Assembly (NCBI GenBank): GCA_033762115.1
Contig: JANRLX010000027.1
Coordinates: 21,129-85,128 of the forward strand
Origin: Verrucomicrobiota bacterium
Lineage (GTDB): Bacteria; Verrucomicrobiota; Verrucomicrobiia; Limisphaerales; SXQI01
DNA length: 64,000 bases
Direction of reading: 5' to 3'
Shown: piece by piece, positions 57,223 to 64,000 of the stretch
Layout: each line of letters starts with the position of its first letter
Position numbering within the stretch: the stretch's first letter is position 1
Translations under genes and position numbers: made by a program
Notes under the pieces: model-generated
Told to the model about the DNA's origin: nothing
Seen by the model: the letters and a program-made list of their open reading frames with translations, nothing else
Database searches by the model: none

Positions 57223-57996
57223 TTATCCTGCCTGCTGCCTTCTTTTGTTTACCGGTTTTCCTTCCAATTCCTTCACTCGCGTCACCAGCTTGTCCAGCAC
57301 CGCCAGTTGGCAGATTCGCGGCGCGATTGCAAAGCTACCCGCCGGACGCTCCACCGTTTGCGTGGGCAGCAGGATATCCACTGCCCGCCCCAGTTCGCTC
57401 CCGGGTTCGTTGGTCAATCCAATCGTTTTCACACCCGCCCGTTTCGCTTCCATGACAGCTTGCAACGTAAATTGTGTTTCTCCTGAGTGGGAAATCGCCA
57501 GCAACACCAGCCCGTTCACAGGAGGAGTGAATGCAAACCCTGCCATTTGCGCGTCCGCGATCGGAAGCGCCTGTTTTCGCATCGTGAAAAGAATATCCGT
57601 CAGCACCAGCGCAATTCCGTGTGATGCTCCCACTCCCACCAGGGCCACTCGCGAAGCATTTTTCAATGCCTCCGCTGCCTCCTCCATACCCGCTGCTGCG
57701 GCTGCAAGGCTTGCGGTCATGTCGCTTCCATAATGCCCCTCCCCATTAGCAACCTGCTTGAACTCGCCGCCGGTCAACTCCCGCAGCACATGATACTTCA
57801 AGTCCTGAAATCCATCGAACCCCGCTGCGCGACACGCCCGAACCACTGTCGCGTCACTCGTTTGGCATCCTTGTGCCACTTCTCGCAGGCTCTTTTCCGC
57901 CACCACTCCCATGTCCCGCAGCAATCGTCGCGTCACTTCAGCCTCGCTTGGGCGCATCTCCGCAAGACGTGACTGCAATGTTTGGCTGACGGACAT
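57223..57996 (-). CDS. MurR/RpiR-family transcriptional regulator (HTH + SIS sugar-phosphate-binding domain)
   Basis: The N-terminal HTH_6-like region is SLREVAQGCQTSDATVVRACRAAGFDGFQDLK. The SIS domain is RVALVGVGASHGIA...LLAISHSGET. Confidence 0.8.
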   Translation of the reverse strand: MSVSQTLQSRLAEMRPSEAEVTRRLLRDMGVVAEKSLREVAQGCQTSDATVVRACRAAGFDGFQDLKYHVLRELTGGEFKQVANGEGHYGSDMTASLAAAAAGMEEAAEALKNASRVALVGVGASHGIALVLTDILFTMRKQALPIADAQMAGFAFTPPVNGLVLLAISHSGETQFTLQAVMEAKRAGVKTIGLTNEPGSELGRAVDILLPTQTVERPAGSFAIAPRICQLAVLDKLVTRVKELEGKPVNKRRQQAG

Positions 57997-58127
57997 GCGA
58001 CAAAACTATATAAATATGTTGCAGGCACAACAAAAAATTGATTAAGTCGCTTTCCAATGACGCGCGCTTCCATTTTTCAATCCGGCAGGTTCGTTTCTGC
58101 CCTTCACGTCATTTCCCAATCACCACA

Positions 58128-59246
58128 ATGAGATCGATGCCACCTGCCGTTCCCATCCGCATCGGTGTGATTGGCTGCGGCAATGTCCTCAGCGCCTATC
58201 GCGTCACGATTGATAAGCTCCGTGCACGCGGCGAAGTCCAGGTTGTCCTGGCCTGTGGACGGGAATCGCAACGCGCCTCAGCCTGTGCAGCTCTTGGTAA
58301 CACCGAGTTCACCACCGATGCCACCCAGGTCATCACCTCCTCACAAGTTGATCTTGTGATCATCCTGACCTCCATGTCCGAACACGCGCGACTGGCCCGC
58401 GCAGCCTTGGAAGCAGGCAAGCATGTGCTGCTCGAAAAACCGCTCGCCACCTCCCTTGCCGAGGCCCGGGCCCTCGTTGACATGGCGCAACGCACTCCCG
58501 GTTACCTGGCCTGCGCTCCTTTCACCATTCTCAGTCCCACCTTCAAAACCATCGCCGCACGCATTCGCAACGGGGACATTGGAAAACCCTGCTCCGCTCG
58601 TGCTCGTTATGGATGGGCCGGTCCCGATTGGAATGAATGGTTTTACAAACCCGGTGGCGGTTGCCTCTTTGATCTCGCGGTCTATTGCCTCACCAGCCTC
58701 ACCGGCCTGCTCGGCCCGGCAAAAAGGGTCATGGCCATGACCGGCATTGCCCAACCTGAAAGAATAATCAATGGCCGCCCTGTTTCCGTTACCGCCGAAG
58801 ACAATGCACAAGTCCTGCTTGATTTCGGCCAGGGAACTTTCGCTGTTGTCACCAGCGGCTTCAACATCCAGCAATATCGTAATCCCGCTCTTGAAGTTTA
58901 CGGCACCACCGGAACCATCCAGATGCTTGGTGACGATTGGGACCCCGATGGCTACGAGCTTTGGCAAAACTCCTTCGGCGCTTGGCAGCTTTACAAGGAA
59001 ACCGCTCCCGATTGGCCCTGGACCGATGGTTTGAACCACCTTGTCGATTGCATTCGCCAACGATCCAAACTCCTCGTCACTCCGGAGCACGCCTTGCATG
59101 TCCTTGAAATCATGCTCCAGGCCCAGCAATCCGGACTGCATGGCAACGCCTGCCAGTTGGAATCCACCTTTGTTCCACCCACCTTTGAAACATCCCCGAC
59201 CGGGGAAGCTGCCCATCGCGTCCACGATCGCACAAGAGAACACTGA
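58128..59246 (+). CDS. Gfo/Idh/MocA family oxidoreductase (cytoplasmic)
   Basis: The start was moved to ATG 58128 (MRSMPPAVPIRIGVIGCGN). The EKP motif is VLLEKPLA. Confidence 0.8.
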   Translation: MRSMPPAVPIRIGVIGCGNVLSAYRVTIDKLRARGEVQVVLACGRESQRASACAALGNTEFTTDATQVITSSQVDLVIILTSMSEHARLARAALEAGKHVLLEKPLATSLAEARALVDMAQRTPGYLACAPFTILSPTFKTIAARIRNGDIGKPCSARARYGWAGPDWNEWFYKPGGGCLFDLAVYCLTSLTGLLGPAKRVMAMTGIAQPERIINGRPVSVTAEDNAQVLLDFGQGTFAVVTSGFNIQQYRNPALEVYGTTGTIQMLGDDWDPDGYELWQNSFGAWQLYKETAPDWPWTDGLNHLVDCIRQRSKLLVTPEHALHVLEIMLQAQQSGLHGNACQLESTFVPPTFETSPTGEAAHRVHDRTREH

Positions 59247-60121
59247 TGCTCCCTCGCTGGCTCATCTTCACCATCCTTGCGCTCCTCAGTTGGGGATTAT
59301 GGGCGATTGTTTCTAAACTCATTGGCGAATCCGTCACCGCTGCCCAAAGCCAGGCTCTCTCCACCATCGGGTTGGTTCCTGTCATGCTGCTGCTCGCCTT
59401 TTCAAAAAAAACTTCCTCTCCCGGCAGCAAGGGCAGGGGATCACTCCTGGCTTTTATCGCTGGTTGCCTGACCTGTGCCGGGAACGTTGCCTACTACCAT
59501 GCCCTTAACCTGGGCGGCAAGGCGGCCACTGTTGTCCCACTCACCGCCCTCTATCCACTCGTCACCATTTTGCTCGCGCTGCTGTTCCTGCGCGAACGGC
59601 TCAATAATATCCAGATCGCCGGGATGGGCCTTTCATTCGTCGCCATTTATCTCTTCAACATCACTTCCATGGAAGGGATGGCCTCCAAATGGCTGCTTTA
59701 TGCCCTGGTTCCGATTCTCCTTTGGGGAATCTCCGGCCTGGTTCAGAAAATCTCCACCAACCATATCCCCGGCGAACTTTCTGCTCTTTGGTTTCTTTCC
59801 GCCTTTGTCCCTGCTGGAATTCTCATTCTCATTTTCGAACCGCTCTCTACTTCCCTTTCCCTCCGGACCTGGACCCTTGTTGCCGCCCTCGGCCTTTTTT
59901 TAAGTCTTGGCAATTTTTCAATCCTGCTCGCTTTTGCGAGCACGGGAAAAGCTTCCATTATCGCTCCTTTGGCCGGCCTTTACCCGCTTGTCAGCGTTCC
60001 CATCGCCATTTTCTTCCTCGGTGAAAAAATCGGTCAAAGGGAACTGGCTGGAATTTTCGTCGCTCTCCTCTCCGTGGTTGCACTCGCATGGGAAAAACCC
60101 GGCGCTGCCTCAAATACTTGA
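59246..60121 (+). CDS. EamA/DMT-superfamily transporter
   Basis: 291 aa with ten hydrophobic spans in two 5-TM halves. The ATG overlaps the upstream TGA by 1 nt. Confidence 0.75.
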   Translation: MLPRWLIFTILALLSWGLWAIVSKLIGESVTAAQSQALSTIGLVPVMLLLAFSKKTSSPGSKGRGSLLAFIAGCLTCAGNVAYYHALNLGGKAATVVPLTALYPLVTILLALLFLRERLNNIQIAGMGLSFVAIYLFNITSMEGMASKWLLYALVPILLWGISGLVQKISTNHIPGELSALWFLSAFVPAGILILIFEPLSTSLSLRTWTLVAALGLFLSLGNFSILLAFASTGKASIIAPLAGLYPLVSVPIAIFFLGEKIGQRELAGIFVALLSVVALAWEKPGAASNT

Positions 60122-60126
60122 TTATT

Positions 60127-61071
60127 ATGAAATCCATCACTGAACTCATGAAAAATAACGTCGTCCTGGGGGATGGCGGTTACCTTATCGAACTCGAACG
60201 CCGCGGTTATGTCGATAGCGGCTCCGGCCGGGAAAAAGTCGGCACCGGTCGCGGCAGCGGCCAGTTCACACCCGAAGTCGCTGTCGAACAGCCCGACGCC
60301 TTGCGCGAGTTGCATCGCGAATTTTTAAATGCCGGTTCCCAGGTCCTTCAGGCCCTCACCTTTTTCGGTACCCGCGAAAAACTGAACCGCGCCGGTTACG
60401 GCGCTCAGACCGAATCCATCAATGCCGCCGCGGTCAAGCTCGCCAGGGAAATCGCCGGTGACAAGGCCCTCGTCGCAGGCAGTGTTTCCCGCACCCAGCT
60501 CACCGAACGCGAAGGAATGGAGTCCCTCGGTAAATCACGCGACCATATTGCCGAGCAGATCCGCCTGCTCAAGGATGCCGGGGTCGATTTCCTCATTCTT
60601 GAAACCTTCTTTCATCTCGCCGAAATGAAAGTGGCCCTTGAATGCGCCTCCGCTGCCGGTCTCCCTGCTGTCGCCACCATGAGCTTCCGCCCGCTCATCA
60701 CCAAATGCACCGATGGGTTCACCCCCGCCGAATGCGCCAGGGCCATGGCCGACCTGGGTGCCATCGCCGTCGGTGCCAATTGCGAACAGGACCCTGCTCG
60801 CATGCTGCCTCTCCTTCGCGAAATGCGTGCCGCCACCAATGTCCCCATCGCTGCCCAACCCGCCGCTTTCCACACCACCGAGGAATGCCACAGCTTCACT
60901 CGCCTTCCCGCATTTCCGGATGATCTTGAAACCATCCAGGTCTCACGCACTGAATTCCTGAACTTCGGAAAAATTGCCCGTCAGGAAGGCATCGGTTTCC
61001 TGGGCGGCTGCTGCGGCTGCAATGCCGCTTACATTCGCTCCCTTGCTTCTGGGATTCAGTCCGCAAAATAA
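60127..61071 (+). CDS. homocysteine S-methyltransferase-family protein, betaine-homocysteine methyltransferase (BHMT)-like
   Basis: The start was moved to ATG 60127. It is collinear with vertebrate BHMT as I recall it: VLGDGGYLIELERRGY, PEVAVEQPDALRELHREFLNAGSQV, VGANC, and the zinc-site motif FLGGCCGC near the C-terminus. Confidence 0.75.
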   Translation: MKSITELMKNNVVLGDGGYLIELERRGYVDSGSGREKVGTGRGSGQFTPEVAVEQPDALRELHREFLNAGSQVLQALTFFGTREKLNRAGYGAQTESINAAAVKLAREIAGDKALVAGSVSRTQLTEREGMESLGKSRDHIAEQIRLLKDAGVDFLILETFFHLAEMKVALECASAAGLPAVATMSFRPLITKCTDGFTPAECARAMADLGAIAVGANCEQDPARMLPLLREMRAATNVPIAAQPAAFHTTEECHSFTRLPAFPDDLETIQVSRTEFLNFGKIARQEGIGFLGGCCGCNAAYIRSLASGIQSAK

Positions 61072-61085
61072 TCCCTTCTACGGAG

Positions 61086-61802
61086 ATGAACATCGTTCTC
61101 CACCCAAACGCTGAACAGGCCAACACCGCCGCCGCAAGGTTGCTGTTGGATTGGCTCCTGCCACCCTCCACCCGCAATGTCATGGTTGCGGCTGGCAACA
61201 CTCCCCTCGAACTCTATCGCAAAGTCGGTGAACAACAACGCCAACTCTCCCACCTGAATATCTTTGCCCTGGACGAGTATGTTGGTGTTCCGCTTGAGGA
61301 ACCTCGGAATTGCGCCAATCTCATTCGCCGTTCTGTCATTGAGTCCTGGCGCATCCCTCCCGCTCAATACCATTCCGTAAGCTCCCTGGAACAGGATGCC
61401 CTGCAAAGCGTTGCTCAACATGAACGCAGGATCGCTGCCTTTGGCGGTCTGGATGTGATTATCCTCGGCCTCGGCCAGAATGGCCACCTCGGTTTCAATG
61501 AACCAGGCAGCGCCAGCGATTCCGTGGGCCGGTTGCTTGATCTCCAACCCATTTCCATCGAAGCCAATCGAAAATGGTTTGGTGGCGATTACGCTCCATC
61601 CAAAGGTGTTACCGTCGGCATGAAAACCATCCTTTCCGCTCGCAGGGTCATGATCCTTGCTTACGGACCGCACAAAACAGCCGCTGTCAAAGCCATGGTT
61701 AATGGTCCCGTCACCGCGGAATGTCCGGCTTCCTTTTTGCAGAATCATCCGCATGTCCGTCTCTTCCTGGATGAAGCTGCGGCAAAGGATCTCGCCCCAT
61801 GA
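61086..61802 (+). CDS. nagB: glucosamine-6-phosphate deaminase / 6-phosphogluconolactonase-family protein (NagB-like)
   Basis: VMVAAGNTPLELY, LDEYVG and ILGLGQNGHLGFNEPGS. 238 aa. Confidence 0.7.
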   Translation: MNIVLHPNAEQANTAAARLLLDWLLPPSTRNVMVAAGNTPLELYRKVGEQQRQLSHLNIFALDEYVGVPLEEPRNCANLIRRSVIESWRIPPAQYHSVSSLEQDALQSVAQHERRIAAFGGLDVIILGLGQNGHLGFNEPGSASDSVGRLLDLQPISIEANRKWFGGDYAPSKGVTVGMKTILSARRVMILAYGPHKTAAVKAMVNGPVTAECPASFLQNHPHVRLFLDEAAAKDLAP

Positions 61803-62722
61803 GCCCTCCTTCTTTTACTGCCCTGGGCATTGATGTCGGCGGGACCAAAATCGCTGCTGGCCTCGTAACCTTCCCTCAATGTCTCGTCGGTCCCCGAAAA
61901 ACGATCCGCACCGCACCCCTTCGCGGCTCACATGCCGTCCTTGACGATGTCGAACATCTTGTGCGGGAACTCACCTTGGAAGCCGCTGACGCAGCCATCT
62001 CGATTGATGCCATCGGCCTGGGAATTTGCGAAATCGTGACCTCATCCGGCGACATCGCCAGTTCCAATTGTATCCATTGGCCTGGCACAATGGGCCGTGA
62101 CCGCCTTGCCTCTTTTGCCCCCGTTATCATTGAGGCCGATGTCCGCGCAGCCGCACGGGCGGAAGCCCTTTTCGGTGCCGGTCAAAACCGTGGTTCTTTT
62201 CTCTACATCTCAATTGGCACCGGCATTTCCTGCTCTCTGGTTATCCAGGGCAAACCGTTCCTCGGCGCTCGTGGCGCCACCGGGACCATGGCCAGCGGAC
62301 CCTTTCCCGGGTACCGGGAAATCGCCTCCAAAAATGTGCTTCCCCCTCTGGAACAGATCGCTTCAGGCGCAGGGCTCGTCGCTCGTTTCAATGCTCTCCA
62401 TGGAAATGCCACCTCCGCTCAAGAGGTCCTTGCCGCTGCCGACCATGGAAACGAACATGCCATCCATATTCTCGATTCTGCTGCCAAGGCCCTGGGCGGA
62501 AGCATCGGTACGCTCGTTAATGTCCTTGATCCCGAAGCCGTCATCCTGGGCGGTGGTTTGGGTTCTCTTCCCGGGCGGTATCACGACCGTCTGGTGGAAT
62601 TCGCCCGCCACCATATCTGGTGGCAAGGGCATCGCGATCTTCCCATCCTCCTCGCCGCCACCGGCCCGGATGCCGGGCTCATCGGTGCAGCCGCTTCTGC
62701 CTGGAAACATTTCTCCCCCTAA
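61799..62722 (+). CDS. ROK-family sugar kinase-like protein (no HTH; canonical Zn motif absent)
   Basis: LGIDVGGTKIAAGLV, ISIGTGIS and VILGGGL. The ATGA overlaps the nagB-like stop. Confidence 0.75.
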   Translation: MSPPSFTALGIDVGGTKIAAGLVTFPQCLVGPRKTIRTAPLRGSHAVLDDVEHLVRELTLEAADAAISIDAIGLGICEIVTSSGDIASSNCIHWPGTMGRDRLASFAPVIIEADVRAAARAEALFGAGQNRGSFLYISIGTGISCSLVIQGKPFLGARGATGTMASGPFPGYREIASKNVLPPLEQIASGAGLVARFNALHGNATSAQEVLAAADHGNEHAIHILDSAAKALGGSIGTLVNVLDPEAVILGGGLGSLPGRYHDRLVEFARHHIWWQGHRDLPILLAATGPDAGLIGAAASAWKHFSP

Positions 62723-62790
62723 CCAGCAGCTTCCCAATCCATCGGTGGTTGCCTCCTCAGGCACGCCCACCTCAACCGACTCAAATTAAA

Positions 62791-62830
62791 ATACTGTTTT
62801 TATTGACAATATACTGTTCAAAATGACAAC
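62791..62830 (+). repeat. two tandem 20-nt direct repeats in an AT-rich island (candidate protein-binding site or promoter)
   Basis: ATACTGTTTTTATTGACAAT / ATACTGTTCAAAATGACAAC. That is ATACTGTT-N5-TGACAA twice, with 15/20 identical and a 20-nt period. A TTGACA hexamer lies at 62803-62808. Confidence 0.8.
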
Positions 62831-63283
62831 TTATTCCCGGAAAAGGACAACGTGAATAGTAAAACCATGAAATAAACAATAATTCTTACCGGCACCGCAG
62901 CCACACACGGCCCTGGAACAAGCACCCATGATTTCACTGATCGACGGGTGCTCGTGCGATGGCCAGCCGAAGGATGCCCTGGCGGTAACCACCATGACCC
63001 TCCTCCTTAAAAAGGCCGATTATGGTCAACGCCATTTCCATGCCTATGAGCAAAGCAGGCAACCCAGCCATGCTGGATGGCTTCCAAGCCATATTATTAT
63101 GAACACCAAAAAATCATTACCTCTCCCCAGCTTGAGTTATCGAAAACGCTTTCAACCCAGATCCATGAGCTGCGGTCAATCCGCTGCGGCAAAGACGAAA
63201 CCCTGTTTCACCAATTCCCACTTATTCCCACTTCCTCCTGCAACCAGTGAAGCAGACCAGCCATGGGTCAGATGACCGAAACC

Positions 63284-64000
63284 CTATTTCTCATCCATTT
63301 TAATCTCTCCAAGCCATTCGGATGGAGGATGTTTCTGGTACTTGATGCAGAAATCGCGATAAAAGATCGATGGACCGTCACTGGCTTTCATTGCCAGGAT
63401 CTCCTCGAATGTCACCTGCGCAGCGGAGAATTCACCATCGCAAAATTTTCGCATCCCTTCCCGGAACTTCTCCCGCCACGGTTTGCTGCTTTCAGCCACA
63501 TCAAGATTCCCAATCAACTCATGAATCTTCACCACCCGGTCCAATCCCTTGAACCGGAAATGCCCCACCGGTCGCGTCACGAAAAGCTTCGGCACATGCT
63601 CCAGCAAATCGTCCGTCAGCAAAATATCGGTTCCCAGGTATTTGTTCAGTCCTTCCAATCTCGCTGCAAGGTTGATGGCCGGTCCCACTGCCGTGTAATC
63701 AAATCGTTCCCTGCTGCCGATATTGCCAACACTTGCCTCCCCGGTATGCATGCCAACTCGCGTTTTTAACCGGAAACTTTCATTCTCCGCCTCAAACTCG
63801 ATTAACCGCTCCCGCAGCAGCAACGCTGCCCGGCAGGCAAGTTCCGCATGGTTCGGTTGCGGCTCAGGCGCGTTCCACACTGCGAATACCGCATCACCAA
63901 TCAATTTGATCACAGTCCCGTTCGTGTCCTTGACGCATGGCAGGACTGCCTCGAAATACTGGTTCAGCAATTGCATCAATTCTCCCAGCCGCGTCCGATC
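63284..64000 (-). CDS. class III adenylate/guanylate cyclase catalytic domain protein; 5' end outside the window
   Basis: IKLIGDAVFAVWNAP...RVGMHTGEASVGNIGSRERFDYTAVGPAINLAARLEG. The frame stays open to position 64000. Confidence 0.85.
   Translation of the reverse strand, partial: DRTRLGELMQLLNQYFEAVLPCVKDTNGTVIKLIGDAVFAVWNAPEPQPNHAELACRAALLLRERLIEFEAENESFRLKTRVGMHTGEASVGNIGSRERFDYTAVGPAINLAARLEGLNKYLGTDILLTDDLLEHVPKLFVTRPVGHFRFKGLDRVVKIHELIGNLDVAESSKPWREKFREGMRKFCDGEFSAAQVTFEEILAMKASDGPSIFYRDFCIKYQKHPPSEWLGEIKMDEK

Noticed and set aside
58341-62789. Long alternative-frame or antisense ORFs (58341..59243 minus, 300 aa; 61056..61754 minus, 232 aa; 62097..62789 plus, 230 aa)
   Set aside because: Each is fully nested in a gene with strong family signatures (Gfo/Idh/MocA, NagB-like, ROK). 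Their composition is Pro/Ser/Arg/Gly-rich, which is typical of off-frame translation in GC-biased codon usage.
62791-62830. SOS-box (LexA) interpretation of the TACTGT-containing AT-rich repeats
   Set aside because: The TACTGT elements are direct repeats, not inverted. No CTGT-N8-ACAG-type or other palindromic arrangement is present. They are kept only as an unexplained tandem repeat.
62928-63275. 115-aa plus-strand ORF in the 62.7-63.3 kb gap
   Set aside because: It has no Shine-Dalgarno sequence. It is Ser/Pro/Lys/His-rich with no secondary-structure-like periodicity or family motif. Its end overlaps the cyclase gene stop region. I do not call it coding, and the gap is reported as a finding instead.
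1-64000. CRISPR arrays, rRNA/tRNA/tmRNA/RNase P/SRP RNA genes, IS elements, prophage or toxin-antitoxin/defence cassettes
   Set aside because: I scanned the intergenic regions by eye. I saw no regularly spaced repeats, T-loop-like GTTCGAATC motifs with acceptor stems, conserved RNase P or SRP motifs, or transposase or integrase ORFs. Small structured RNAs cannot be excluded without covariance-model searches.

Overview
Dense chromosomal segment with about 55 protein-coding genes. I recognised no rRNA, tRNA, CRISPR array, transposase or integrase. The gene content points to a PVC-superphylum bacterium (Verrucomicrobiota or Planctomycetota-like). It has three 'membrane-bound dehydrogenase + HEAT + C-terminal CxxCH' giants, a PSCyt1/DUF1549/DUF1553 protein, DUF1800, two Tat-signal DUF1501 proteins, a tandem DUF1080 protein and four Gfo/Idh/MocA oxidoreductases.

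Housekeeping genes are interspersed: leuC (partial), lpxA, radC, ffh, thiD, hisS, yciH/SUI1, metF, tsaC/sua5 and clpS. Other content:
- two secreted peptidases (S46, M13)
- a four-glycosyltransferase cluster
- a solitary short flagellin with a sigma-28-like promoter
- two orphan receiver proteins, one fused to an MBL hydrolase
- a class III nucleotidyl cyclase cut by the right edge

Best candidates for undescribed biology:
1. The 44.1-52.5 kb block, which joins two function-unknown PVC gene pairs (PSCyt/DUF1549/DUF1553 + DUF1501, and DUF1800 + DUF1501). Both large subunits carry inserted beta-sandwich modules.
2. The RpiR-centred divergon at 52.5-62.7 kb. It links periplasmic DUF1080 and a cytochrome-dehydrogenase to a cytoplasmic operon of Gfo/Idh/MocA, EamA, BHMT-like, NagB-like and ROK genes.
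3. clpS translationally coupled to a DUF2017-like ORF instead of clpA.
4. A 560-nt gene-free gap (62723-63283) with an AT-rich tandem repeat and a 20-nt exact copy of an internal segment of the DUF1553 gene.

All calls come from reading the translations and the sequence by eye. No searches or computations were run.
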